From: Candidatus Kaiserbacteria bacterium RIFCSPHIGHO2_02_FULL_49_34
GTDB lineage: Bacteria; Patescibacteriota; Minisyncoccia; Phycocordibacterales; UBA918
Direction: 5' to 3'
DNA: 64,000 bases
Assembly: GCA_001781205.1 (NCBI GenBank)
Contig: MFLE01000025.1
Location: 87,300 to 151,299, forward strand
The number at the start of each line of letters is the position of its first letter. Position 1 is the stretch's first letter. Made by a program: the position numbers and the translations under genes. This document shows positions 1-9,103 of this stretch, piece after piece. The notes beneath the pieces were generated by a model that was not told where the DNA came from, did no database searches, and saw only the letters and a list, made by a program, of their open reading frames with translations.

Positions 1-228
1 CACCCGCGCGCCGTTGTCGCCAAAGCTGGCATCCCGACAGAAGTTACCTTTATCACCAACAACAACTTCGACTGCTCAAACGATATTCTTATCCCCGCAC
101 TCGGCAACAAAACCCAACTCGCGCCAACCGACACAAAAACAGTAGCACTCGGCACCCGTACCGCAGGCGAAACAATCTCCGGCGGCTGCTCGATGAGTAT
201 GTATAATTTTAATATTACGTTTCAGTAA
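1..228 (+). CDS. 3'-terminal fragment of a CDS entering from upstream of the window (open frame 1, stop TAA at 226-228); product unknown
   Basis: Frame 1 is open from base 1 to the TAA with no internal stop; a bidirectional hairpin follows. No start codon in the window, so it is absent from the Met-initiated ORF track. Confidence 0.3.
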   Translation, partial: HPRAVVAKAGIPTEVTFITNNNFDCSNDILIPALGNKTQLAPTDTKTVALGTRTAGETISGGCSMSMYNFNITFQ

Positions 229-254
229 ACATAAATTGTAACAGTATCCCTAGT

Positions 255-296
255 CAAAACAATAGCCTCTCCATATGTGAAGAGGCTATTGTTTTG
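255..296. terminator. Bidirectional intrinsic terminator hairpin (stem 261-270/281-290 AATAGCCTCT...AGAGGCTATT, flanked by A/T runs) between convergent genes
   Basis: Perfect 10-bp inverted repeat with 10-nt loop, followed by GTTTTG on + and preceded by CAAAAC (T-run on minus). Confidence 0.5.
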
Positions 297-298
297 AA

Positions 299-931
299 TC
301 ACATAATCCATGGCTTCGACAACTCATTCGTCAATCCGATTTTATCAGTAAGGACATTGTGTGGATAGTCGAAGATATCGCGAGTGTGCTTATCATACAT
401 ACCAAGACGATACTGGAGGTCATCCGTTTCGAGGAGCATGAAGCGGATTGACGTACCGATGTCCGCTTCGATAGAACGAACGGCAACCTCAACCTTTGCA
501 AGCTCAGGACTTTTTGCGGTAAGCAACAAGTCGACGGTTTGTTCTGGTTCGCGAACAAAGATACCCGATGTCACCACCACATCAAACTTCCCTGCTTTCT
601 TCAAGTGATTGAGGACGGTCTCGCCACCAATCGGTGCTGTTTCGGTAAGGAAGCGATGCATCGGCAGCAAGAATGGAAAATCCTTGTCGCAAAAAAATAC
701 CTGTTCCTTAATCTTTGCTTTTTTGCCTTCTTGTGCAACAGAAATAGTTTTCTTTTTTATAACACCCGCGCGTTCAAGCACGCTGAGCTCCGTGCGCGCA
801 GTGCGACGAACAAGGCGGGCACGACGAGCGATTTCATCGACGGTAAATTCTTCCTCTGGATTAAAACAGAAAAAGCGAAGCAGCTTCATGCGCGCCGTGC
901 CATCAAAAAGTAGTGCAAGTGCATCGTACAT
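299..931 (-). CDS. Winged-helix/HTH domain protein, putative transcriptional regulator with C-terminal domain of unknown function
   Basis: 210-aa ORF. N-terminal segment (FTVDEIARRARLVRRTARTELSVLERAGVI) resembles a winged-helix DNA-binding domain; no other motif recognised. Confidence 0.45.
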   Translation of the reverse strand: MYDALALLFDGTARMKLLRFFCFNPEEEFTVDEIARRARLVRRTARTELSVLERAGVIKKKTISVAQEGKKAKIKEQVFFCDKDFPFLLPMHRFLTETAPIGGETVLNHLKKAGKFDVVVTSGIFVREPEQTVDLLLTAKSPELAKVEVAVRSIEADIGTSIRFMLLETDDLQYRLGMYDKHTRDIFDYPHNVLTDKIGLTNELSKPWIM

Positions 932-996
932 AAGTTCTTACACTATAGCACAATGAAAATCAGCCACTTCTTGACAAAGTCAGCATATATACCGCA

Positions 997-1947
997 CTAT
1001 CGCATGAACCATTCAACAATCGAACCGACCGCCGAGGCAAAAAGTACCGCTGCCGCAATAAGTCCAAGATTGAGAGCAACGCGTTTACGAATTGAAATAC
1101 CCGTAAGAAACGCGAGTACCACGGAAATAATCGTCACTCCGACCGCTGCCGTAACGACCGATAATACAAAGCTAGGACTTCCGAAAAACACGGGCATAAG
1201 TGGCAAAAATCCACCAACAATAAACGCGCACCCGACAATAAGGGCATTCGTGACTGCTCCTGTCGCACCGTTTAAGTCAACCGTGGGGTGCCCGGTCGTA
1301 AGGAAACGATCCTTTGCTTCTTTAATGGTATCAAGCTCACGCTCAGCACGATCGGCAGCGTACGCTCCAGCCGCCATAGAGAATGAACCTGCTGAAATAA
1401 CCGAAAGTCCTGCAAGCATCATCACACTCGGGTTCGAAATGGTCGCATAAAACCCGACAACCGCTCCAAGCATTTCAACCAGCCCATCGTTAAAGCCGAG
1501 AATAAAGCTCCGCACGCGTTCGCCGGTGATTTTCGAAGAATAGGCATCACCGACAATCTGCGCCTCATGCTCAAGTTCATCGCGCAAAATCGCATTGAGA
1601 GGTTCTTCAAGTGCCGTACCGGCAACAGAATGCGCAAGCAGTAAATACTCGCGAATCCCATGAACTTCAATTGCTTCGACAATGAGTCGAATACCCGTGT
1701 CGCCAAAAATATACACGCATGCAGTGAGGATAGCAGTCTTCACACGCGCCGTAATCCCCTGCGCAGGAATCTTCACATGTGGAATATACTTCTTCCAAAT
1801 CGCTATATGACGCTCTTCTTCCGCAATCATCGTCGACAAAATCGCCTTCAAGTCTTCACTTTTTGCTCGACGCAAAAAACGCTTATACAGCTGCAAATCA
1901 AACTGCTCATGCAGCACAAGCTGCAACGCACGGGTATCATGTAACAT
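997..1947 (-). CDS. Membrane-bound ferritin-like / VIT1(CCC1)-family iron transporter (erythrin-VIT1, MbfA-like)
   Basis: 316 aa. N-terminal ferritin-like/rubrerythrin-type E-x-x-H pairs (AEEERH...DELEHEAQ) followed by a C-terminal polytopic hydrophobic VIT1-like domain. Confidence 0.55.
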   Translation of the reverse strand: MLHDTRALQLVLHEQFDLQLYKRFLRRAKSEDLKAILSTMIAEEERHIAIWKKYIPHVKIPAQGITARVKTAILTACVYIFGDTGIRLIVEAIEVHGIREYLLLAHSVAGTALEEPLNAILRDELEHEAQIVGDAYSSKITGERVRSFILGFNDGLVEMLGAVVGFYATISNPSVMMLAGLSVISAGSFSMAAGAYAADRAERELDTIKEAKDRFLTTGHPTVDLNGATGAVTNALIVGCAFIVGGFLPLMPVFFGSPSFVLSVVTAAVGVTIISVVLAFLTGISIRKRVALNLGLIAAAVLFASAVGSIVEWFMR

Positions 1948-2005
1948 GTTGCCATTCTAGCACAGTCTCAGAAAAATTTTTTAGAAGTCGTGGTACACTG
2001 CAGGC

Positions 2006-3007
2006 ATGACGTACGACATTCTTGCCATTGGCGACATTACTATTGATGACTTCATTGCGCTCAATCCTGATGAGGCGCGGATTGATCGTGATGAACGCAC
2101 GGGGCGCGAACGACTCTCTATGGAATTCGGCGGGAAGATTCCGTATCTTTCTTCAACAGTCGTGCCTGCGGTCGGAAACTCGCCCAATGCAGCGGTTTCT
2201 GCGGCACGACTCGGGCTCAAGTCCGCGCTTGCAACAAATATTGGTGCAGACCGTCACGGAAAAGAGTGTCTTGAAGTGCTCCGCCGTGAGGGAGTACATA
2301 CTTCCTGCGTCGTCCAGCACGAGCGCAAAGCAACCAACTACCATTACGTGCTCCGCTATGGTGCCGAACGTACTATTCTCATTAAGCACGAGGCGTATCC
2401 ATACACCATGCCCGCACTCCCGAATCCGCCGCGTGCGATATACTTTTCTTCCATCGGCGAAGACGGCATACAGTTCCATCATGATATCGCTGCCTATTGT
2501 GCACAACATCCTGAGATACAACTTACCTTCCAGCCCGGAACCTTCCAGTTGCGACTCGGCTTCGATACACTCCGCGACCTATATGCGGTAACGCATCTTT
2601 TTGTCTGCAATGTCGAAGAAGCACAACAAATTTTAGATACCGACGAAAAAGACATACCGACACTCATGCGTGCTATCCGCGACTGCGGCCCGCGCACCGT
2701 GTCGATTACCGATGGTACCCGCGGCGCGTTTGCACTTGACGAAGACGATGTCGCCTGGTTTATGCCCGCCTATCCTGACCCAAAAGAGCCCATCGACAGA
2801 ACAGGTGCCGGTGACTCTTTCGCCTCAACGGTAACCGCTATGCGTTTGCATGGACTACCTCTTCATGAAGCACTTCGCTATGGACCGATTAATTCAATGA
2901 ATGTTGTCCAACACATCGGAGCACAAGAAGGACTCCTGACTCGGGAGAAACTTGATGAACACCTAGCAAACGCCCCCGAGAACTACACTGTTCGGCGCCT
3001 TACATAA
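2006..3007 (+). CDS. PfkB-family carbohydrate/nucleoside kinase (ribokinase-like)
   Basis: 333 aa. N-terminal ILAIGD...DDF glycine-rich sugar-binding region and C-terminal DRTGAGDSF anion-hole motif typical of the ribokinase/PfkB superfamily. Confidence 0.7.
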   Translation: MTYDILAIGDITIDDFIALNPDEARIDRDERTGRERLSMEFGGKIPYLSSTVVPAVGNSPNAAVSAARLGLKSALATNIGADRHGKECLEVLRREGVHTSCVVQHERKATNYHYVLRYGAERTILIKHEAYPYTMPALPNPPRAIYFSSIGEDGIQFHHDIAAYCAQHPEIQLTFQPGTFQLRLGFDTLRDLYAVTHLFVCNVEEAQQILDTDEKDIPTLMRAIRDCGPRTVSITDGTRGAFALDEDDVAWFMPAYPDPKEPIDRTGAGDSFASTVTAMRLHGLPLHEALRYGPINSMNVVQHIGAQEGLLTREKLDEHLANAPENYTVRRLT

Positions 3008-3050
3008 AAACACTCTCCATTCGTGGAGAGTGTTTTTATGTAAGTCCGAA

Positions 3051-3812
3051 CTATTCTCGAATCCGCCAACCTTTCTGAAAGAGAGTCACGACAAGTATTG
3101 CAAGTGCCGTCGCGGTACCAAGAAGTATCAAACCGCCAATGCGAGGGTCGACCTGTGCAGTGCCGAGTGTCACGTACCGCATGAGGTCAATAATATGGAA
3201 AAGCGGGTTCGCAAGAGTAATCTGTCGCACCGTACCACTCAGAAGATCAAGTGAGTAGAACATGCCTCCGAGATAGGTTAGTGGGGTAAGAACAAATGTC
3301 GAGAAGACACCAAGTTGTTCAAACCCTTGCGCCCACAAGCCAACGATAAGCCCAGCAAGCGAGAAGACAACCGCGATGCCAATACCGGTCAGTAAAAATA
3401 GGAACGGATGCGTAATCGTTACTGCACCGAATGCCGTCCCGATAGCTAGTGCACCAACGCCGATTAGGAGTGAGCGAAGTGTTGCTGCAGTCACATAACT
3501 GCCGACCATTTCCACATACGAAAATGGTGCTACAAGCAATTCATGAATCGCTCGCGTCCATCGCGCAAAGTAGAGCGAGTTTGACGAGCTTTCAAATGCT
3601 GCCGAAATCATGTACATCGTGAGGATGCCGGGAAAAACGAATGCTAAATACGAAACGCCCGCAACCATGTCGATTGAGCGCCCGAGCACGTAGCCGAAAA
3701 TAAAGATAAAGAGTGTCGCGGCAATAAGCGGCGCGGCAAACGTCTGTACTTTGACGCGCCAAATCCGCTTCATTTCGCGTCGTAAAAATGTGAGAATTCC
3801 AATAGTGTTCAT
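3051..3812 (-). CDS. ABC-2 type transporter permease
   Basis: 253 aa with six predicted TM helices, directly downstream of and co-oriented with the ABC ATPase (1-nt intergenic gap). Confidence 0.7.
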   Translation of the reverse strand: MNTIGILTFLRREMKRIWRVKVQTFAAPLIAATLFIFIFGYVLGRSIDMVAGVSYLAFVFPGILTMYMISAAFESSSNSLYFARWTRAIHELLVAPFSYVEMVGSYVTAATLRSLLIGVGALAIGTAFGAVTITHPFLFLLTGIGIAVVFSLAGLIVGLWAQGFEQLGVFSTFVLTPLTYLGGMFYSLDLLSGTVRQITLANPLFHIIDLMRYVTLGTAQVDPRIGGLILLGTATALAILVVTLFQKGWRIRE

Positions 3813-3813
3813 A

Positions 3814-4575
3814 TTACGCGTGCATATTACCAGTAATCTTTAAATACGCATTTTCGAGCGTATCCCCATTCTTCACAAATTCTTCCTTCATAGCATCAGC
3901 GACAATGGTGCCGCCGTTTATGATAGCAATACGGTCACAGAGACGTTCTACTTCTTCAAGATAATGTGACGTAAGCACAATCGTGACACCTTGCGCATTG
4001 AGCGCTTCAAGATGCTTCCAGAGTTCATGACGCTGCTCAACATCAACTCCTGCGGTTGGCTCATCGAGTATGAGCACCTCTGGCTCATGGACCATTGCGC
4101 GCGCAAGCATCACTCGACGCTTCATACCGCCAGAGAGGTGTTGGAACTGCTTGTCTTTATGAGCTTGTAAATCAAACTGAGTCAAGAGCGCATCAACACG
4201 CCTCGTGCGCGTCGCCTTATCAAGCCCATAATACCCACCCATAAAATCAATAATTTGCTGCACCGTTGAGAAAATATCAACATTGAATTCCTGCGGTGAA
4301 AGCCCAACTTTCGTACGTGCGGTACGATAGTCCTGCACAACATCATATCCCGCAATTCTTAAGGTCCCACTCGACGGCATTGCGATACCCGTAAGGCAAT
4401 GAATCGTCGTTGATTTGCCTGCACCATTGGGCCCTAGTAGTCCAAAAAATTGTCCTCGTGGCACGACAAGGTCAATTCCCTTCACCGCCTCCACTCCCGT
4501 GCGATAGCGCTTTGTAAAGTTTTTTATTTCTATAATGTTATCCATAGGTTTACATAGTACACTATCGATCAACAT
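3814..4575 (-). CDS. ABC transporter ATP-binding protein
   Basis: Walker A GPNGAGKST, ABC signature LSGGMKRR, Walker B LILDEPT, H-loop. Confidence 0.9.
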   Translation of the reverse strand: MLIDSVLCKPMDNIIEIKNFTKRYRTGVEAVKGIDLVVPRGQFFGLLGPNGAGKSTTIHCLTGIAMPSSGTLRIAGYDVVQDYRTARTKVGLSPQEFNVDIFSTVQQIIDFMGGYYGLDKATRTRRVDALLTQFDLQAHKDKQFQHLSGGMKRRVMLARAMVHEPEVLILDEPTAGVDVEQRHELWKHLEALNAQGVTIVLTSHYLEEVERLCDRIAIINGGTIVADAMKEEFVKNGDTLENAYLKITGNMHA

Positions 4576-4667
4576 CGAGCAACTGTCCTTTTCCCGAAGG
4601 CGTACGCATCAAAAAAGCCTCAGATATACTGAGGCCTTCTCTGGGGGAGAGGTGAGAAGAACAAAAA

Positions 4668-4898
4668 TTACGATGACATATCGAGACCGAGCTTGTAAGG
4701 CTCACAACCAGTGAGTTGTACAAACTTTTCCCGTTCGGGGAGTGGCAACGCTTGTGCGGCGATACGTTTTCGCTGCTTTTCAAACGGACACACCATGAAT
4801 GCCTTCACTTGCCCTGGCGGACGCCCGAGCTCGTCGATTTCGAATTCATAGCCAATTTCGAAGTCGCCGCCGGTAAGCGGAATGACCGTGTTTTGCAT
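4668..4898 (-). CDS. Small hypothetical protein (~76 aa; start at internal Met MQNTVIPL with strong RBS AAGGAGAT)
   Basis: The ORF track gives 4668..5036, but its upstream part overlaps tRNA-Trp. A canonical RBS lies 7 nt upstream of the internal ATG at 4896-4898. No recognisable domain. Confidence 0.4.
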   Translation of the reverse strand: MQNTVIPLTGGDFEIGYEFEIDELGRPPGQVKAFMVCPFEKQRKRIAAQALPLPEREKFVQLTGCEPYKLGLDMSS

Positions 4899-5028
4899 GA
4901 GATATCTCCTTATTATGTGCAAAAGGAACAACAAACGCCACGAAACGTGTGGCTCATATATATAACCACAAACCCCTCCAGGATGCAATTTTTTACAAAT
5001 TATGTTACAGTGCCAGCACACCAAATAC

Positions 5029-5101
5029 GGGTCCATAGTTTAGTGGCAGAACATCGGTCTCCAAAACCGAGAGTGAGGGTTCGATTCCTTCTGGGCCCGC
5101 C
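5029..5101 (+). tRNA. trnW: tRNA-Trp (anticodon CCA)
   Basis: Cloverleaf read by hand: acceptor GGGTCCA/TGGGCCC, D-arm, anticodon stem TCGGT/ACCGA with loop CTCCAAA (anticodon CCA), T-arm GAGGG-TTCGATT-CCTTC, discriminator G. 3' CCA not encoded. Confidence 0.8.
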
Positions 5102-5105
5102 GTAG

Positions 5106-5134
5106 CCAAAAAAACTGCGAATGCAGTTTTTTTG
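5106..5134 (+). terminator. Intrinsic terminator after tRNA-Trp (AAAAAACTGC-gaat-GCAGTTTTTTT)
   Basis: Hairpin followed by a T7 run. Confidence 0.55.
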
Positions 5135-5140
5135 TTGCTA

Positions 5141-5165
5141 CCGGCGAGGCCCAGAAGGAATCGAA
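5141..5165 (-). repeat. Inverted partial copy (19 nt) of the tRNA-Trp T-arm/3' acceptor (GTTCGATTCCTTCTGGGCC)
   Basis: The reverse complement of 5143-5161 matches tRNA-Trp positions 5079-5097 exactly. Confidence 0.7.
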
Positions 5166-5300
5166 CGGCGTAAGGCGGTACACAAGATTTCTGTTGATGT
5201 GTAGCGAAGCGAAACACAACAAAAATACTTGTCGCCGCGCCGGGGCCGGTAACACTTAGCAGAATTGGAGCGATAGCGAACAATTATGCTTAGTGATTGT

Positions 5301-5349
5301 GGCCGATTCCTTCTGGGCCCGCAGTAGTACCCGATTCCTTCTTGACCCC
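5301..5349 (+). repeat. Direct partial copies of the tRNA-Trp 3' end (CGATTCCTTCTGGGCCCGC at 5307-5325; degenerate CGATTCCTTCTTGACCCC at 5331-5348): att-site-like scars
   Basis: 19/19 identity to tRNA 5083-5101, then a second 11-nt partial copy. Pattern typical of tRNA-targeted integration/excision remnants. Confidence 0.6.
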
Positions 5350-5445
5350 TCCACCCCAACCCTAGACAATCGAAACTTCACATGCTACAGTTTTTCTGTT
5401 CATTGCTCTTTCCCTTTCTCGTCAGGAGTTTCCCCATGAATCTGT

Positions 5446-5972
5446 TCAAACAGCATCGCGAAATGCATCGTCTTTTCGAAGAACTCGCCCACGAACCTTT
5501 CTGGTCCGAATACTACGAACTTGCCATCCGTCACTTGGATCTCGATGTCCTTCTCTTCGAAGTCGGTAGGTCTGCACAAAAAGTTATTTTATGCAACGTC
5601 GTATCCAGCTCTGATATTAATGACCCTTCCCTACAGTTCTTCCGTGGTGAATCGCGCCTCCCCTTCGCCGATGCCGTAAATCTCCTACTTGATCCGTCGA
5701 CGGAGATTCATATCCACGGAGAACGCGGTAGCGGCAACCTGTACAACTTGCTGGTACAGATTGTCATGGATCTTCAGCGAAATGTCGTCATTATGCGCAA
5801 AGAAGCACAGGAGTCGAACAGCTACACTGCATTCGAGCAGATCATGATGTTCGAGCGAAAGTTCTTTCCGTCAATGAAGACGCTCCTGCGCAAGTATCAA
5901 CGCACGTCGTGGCAGTCCTACGGCAAATTCGCCTGGCTCTTTCTCTCCTTGCGCAATGCACTCACGAGATAA
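5446..5972 (+). CDS. Hypothetical protein, member 1 of a tandem paralogous pair (uncharacterised family)
   Basis: Start placed at the MNLFKQHR Met with RBS AGGAG 7 nt upstream (the ORF track's 5382 start has no RBS). Shares MN(L/I)F(K/Q)QHR, LAHE..WS.Y, NLLL.P.T..H, QNV..MR..AQ..N.Y.AFE and WLFLSL blocks with the downstream gene. Confidence 0.5.
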
Positions 5973-6102
5973 TCCACCTTATAGTAAGGCGAAGCACTGC
6001 TTCGCCTTTTTCTTGTCACGACACCACCTCTCGACAGCAAAATTTTTCCATGCTATAAAAGTATTCGTCTGTTATTTCTATTGTACATCGTGGGGAGTTC
6101 AC

Positions 6103-6654
6103 ATGAACATCTTTCAACAGCACCGTACCTTCCGCAAATACTTCATCAAGCTTGCGCATGAGCAGTTATGGTCCGATTACACCATACTTTGCAGTCAGGA
6201 ACACGCCCGTTGTGGCGGATGTTCACTCTATCGAGTATTTGATATCGGAAGAGCTGCAGATGGCAACATCCTGTCCTGCTGTGGCATTCTGGCCGAGAAT
6301 GGACATCCGAGAATCCTGTTCATGAAAGCTGGGCGATACATACAATTTGAGGAGGGGCTCAATCTACTCCTCAACCCAAACACGAATCTCCACGGATACA
6401 ACGCACATAGCAGTGGCACACCGCAACATATTGTGGTACTGCTCCTCGAAGAAATGCAACAAAATGTGCTCCGCATGCGCACACAGGCCCAAAAAGACAA
6501 CAATTACCTTGCCTTCGAACGCGTACTGACTTTCGATCGTCAGCACCGCCCCACGATACATGCCTTCAGGCGTGACTTCCAATGTCTCCCTTGGAAACCG
6601 TACAACACTCTCAGCTGGCTCTTTCTAAGTCTCCACGACACGCTTGTGTCATAA
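6103..6654 (+). CDS. Hypothetical protein, member 2 of the tandem paralogous pair
   Basis: Start at MNIFQQHR with RBS GGGGAG. About 35% identity to the upstream paralogue over the full length. Confidence 0.5.
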   Translation: MNIFQQHRTFRKYFIKLAHEQLWSDYTILCSQEHARCGGCSLYRVFDIGRAADGNILSCCGILAENGHPRILFMKAGRYIQFEEGLNLLLNPNTNLHGYNAHSSGTPQHIVVLLLEEMQQNVLRMRTQAQKDNNYLAFERVLTFDRQHRPTIHAFRRDFQCLPWKPYNTLSWLFLSLHDTLVS

Positions 6655-6717
6655 ACTCCTGCTGCACGCGCTATCGCGTGCAGTTTTTTCTATTTTCATG
6701 CTACAATAAAGCGCGTT

Positions 6718-8394
6718 ATGGATAAAAAAGAAATCCGCTTCAAGCGCGCGCAGAATAAGACTAGAAATTATATTTTTGTTGTCGGTGGCGTCATGAGTGG
6801 TGTCGGCAAAGGCATCACAGCATCATCAATCGCCCAGATTCTACAAGCACGCGGTCTTTCAGTCACCGCGATGAAAATTGACCCCTATATCAACGTCGAC
6901 GCTGGCACCATGAACCCTACGGAACATGGTGAAGTTTTTGTTTTGGGCGACGGGTTAGAGACCGACCAAGACATGGGTAACTATGAACGCTTCCTCAATA
7001 TAGACATTCCTGGCATCAATTACATGACAACCGGCAGCGTCTACCGCGATGTTATCGAAAAAGAGCGCAGTGGCGGCTACAAAGGGCGCAATGTGGAAGT
7101 GGTTCCTGACATTCCACTTGAAGTCATCAGCCGATTTGAAAAAGCAGCAGAAGCTGCTGATGCGGACGTGGTAATTGTCGAAATCGGAGGCACCGTCGGC
7201 GAGTATCAAGGGGTACTCTTCCTTGAAGCAATCCGCATGATGAAGGCGAGAGCACCCGAGCACGTTGCAGTCGTTATGGTGAGCTATCTCCCTGTGCCGG
7301 GCTCAGTCGGCGAGATGAAAACAAAACCAACACAAACCGCCGTTCGTGCACTCAACAGCGCTGGTGTCTTTGCCGACTTCATCGTTGCTCGCGGACCGCT
7401 CCCTCTTGATGAGAAGCGCAAAGACAAAATCGCGCAGTTCTGCAACGTGAAGCGCGAACATATTATTTCTGCGCCCGACGTTGCTAGTGTCTACGACGTG
7501 CCGCTCAATTTTGAGAAAGACAATTTTTCAAAGCATCTCTGTGAGGTACTACACCTTCCCTGCACCAAAGAGAGCGACATCAGCGCATGGGGCCGCTTTG
7601 TACAGAAAACAAAAAAGCCGAAACATGCCGTCACCATCGCTGTCGTCGGCAAATACTTTTCATCAGGTGACTTCATTCTCTCCGATGTCTATCTCTCCGT
7701 GCTCGAAGCCATCAAATACTCTGCCTACTCACTTAATGCAAAACCAATCATTCGCTACTTCTCTTCCCTTGATTTTGAGAAGGATCCAAAGAAACTAAAT
7801 GTACTCAGCGAAGTCGACGGCATTCTCGTGCCGGGCGGCTTCGGTACAACTGGGATTGATGGCATCCTCGCCACCATTACCTACGCCCGCACGAAAAAGA
7901 TTCCGTACTTCGGCATCTGTTACGGCATGCAACTTGCCGTCATCGAATACGCCCGCAATGTCCTCAAAATGAAGGATGCACACACAGTAGAGATAAATCC
8001 TAAGACGCCATTCCCCCTCATTGACGTGATGGAAACTCAGCGCGACAATGTAAAGACCCAAAATCTCGGCGGCACCATGCGTCTCGGCGAATACCCTGCC
8101 CACCTCAAAAAAGGCACTATTGCCGCAGCTGCCTACAAGAAAACAGAAATCTCAGAGCGTCACCGTCACCGCTATGAAGTCAATAACACCTACGTCGAGA
8201 GGATTACAGAAGGGGGCGTCATATTCTCCGGGGCCTCCCCTACAGGCGACCTTATGGAAATTCTAGAGCTCCCCAAAACCACCCACCCTTATTTCGTCGC
8301 AACTCAATTCCACCCCGAATTCCACGCCCGCCCTCTTGCACCACACCCACTCTTCACAGCATTTCTCGCAGCAGCGCTCACGCAGCAATCATAA
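6718..8394 (+). CDS. pyrG: CTP synthase
   Basis: N-terminal synthetase domain (VVGGVMSGVGKGITASS) and C-terminal class I glutamine amidotransferase with GICYGMQ catalytic Cys and His/Glu near the C-terminus. Confidence 0.9.
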   Translation: MDKKEIRFKRAQNKTRNYIFVVGGVMSGVGKGITASSIAQILQARGLSVTAMKIDPYINVDAGTMNPTEHGEVFVLGDGLETDQDMGNYERFLNIDIPGINYMTTGSVYRDVIEKERSGGYKGRNVEVVPDIPLEVISRFEKAAEAADADVVIVEIGGTVGEYQGVLFLEAIRMMKARAPEHVAVVMVSYLPVPGSVGEMKTKPTQTAVRALNSAGVFADFIVARGPLPLDEKRKDKIAQFCNVKREHIISAPDVASVYDVPLNFEKDNFSKHLCEVLHLPCTKESDISAWGRFVQKTKKPKHAVTIAVVGKYFSSGDFILSDVYLSVLEAIKYSAYSLNAKPIIRYFSSLDFEKDPKKLNVLSEVDGILVPGGFGTTGIDGILATITYARTKKIPYFGICYGMQLAVIEYARNVLKMKDAHTVEINPKTPFPLIDVMETQRDNVKTQNLGGTMRLGEYPAHLKKGTIAAAAYKKTEISERHRHRYEVNNTYVERITEGGVIFSGASPTGDLMEILELPKTTHPYFVATQFHPEFHARPLAPHPLFTAFLAAALTQQS

Positions 8395-8395
8395 G

Positions 8396-9028
8396 CTATT
8401 GTCTATCAGTAAACACCACAAGTCTTTGGGGACGACTTCTTTCTGCTACATTCCAATCTCCTGAGCACGTAATGAGATTAAGGTGCGCTTTGCCATCGTT
8501 TGATACAAACACATCGAATGATGATTCATCTTTGTCATACATACGAATCTCACGCACAACAAACGTGATAACAGTGTCGTCTTCATCTACAACAAATATC
8601 TCATCACCTTCGCGTAGTTTATGTAGATTATCAAATACCGCAGGAATATTATTCTTCCATCCGAAGTGCCCTGCAAGAACAGCACTCCCTATCTCACCAG
8701 GGCGCGGACCATAATGAAACCACGCCACTTCGTCAGGTCTTTCCGGCACTTCCATCTCTCCCTCAAGGGTAGTTCCGACAGGAATAACACCTGTGCGAAT
8801 ACCAATCTTTGGAATGAGGAGTTGTACGGGAACCCCAATCATCTCACCTTCTTGCGTTAGTAAATCTGGGACATATTTTTCGACTTGCACCGATGGTGCG
8901 TTCAGCACGTTGACTTCCTGCGGCAAATTTCTCTGGCTCAGATATGCAGCCGGGGCCATACCAAGAAGCATGAATCCTGGAAGACTCACGAGCAATACTA
9001 CTTGTTTAGGTGTTATTTTTTGTTGCAT
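8396..9028 (-). CDS. Sortase-family transpeptidase (membrane-anchored)
   Basis: N-terminal TM segment, catalytic His (LAGHFGW), catalytic Cys in LNLITCSGDW (TLxTC motif) and downstream Arg. Lies immediately downstream of an LPXTG-type substrate gene. Confidence 0.75.
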   Translation of the reverse strand: MQQKITPKQVVLLVSLPGFMLLGMAPAAYLSQRNLPQEVNVLNAPSVQVEKYVPDLLTQEGEMIGVPVQLLIPKIGIRTGVIPVGTTLEGEMEVPERPDEVAWFHYGPRPGEIGSAVLAGHFGWKNNIPAVFDNLHKLREGDEIFVVDEDDTVITFVVREIRMYDKDESSFDVFVSNDGKAHLNLITCSGDWNVAERSRPQRLVVFTDRQ

Positions 9029-9103
9029 ACCATGAGGTATATTTACAAATACCAGACAACCTTGTGTCTGGCACTTGTTTGTTACAAATGTATAGCACGC
9101 AGT

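Noticed and set aside
4899-5036. N-terminal extension of ORF 4668..5036
   Set aside because: The extension overlaps tRNA-Trp on the opposite strand, while a canonical RBS sits before the internal ATG at 4898; the shorter gene is preferred.
5005-5359. ORFs 5005..5283, 5040..5255 and 5138..5359 on the minus strand
   Set aside because: They overlap tRNA-Trp, its terminator and the tRNA-fragment repeats; no RBS; non-coding region.
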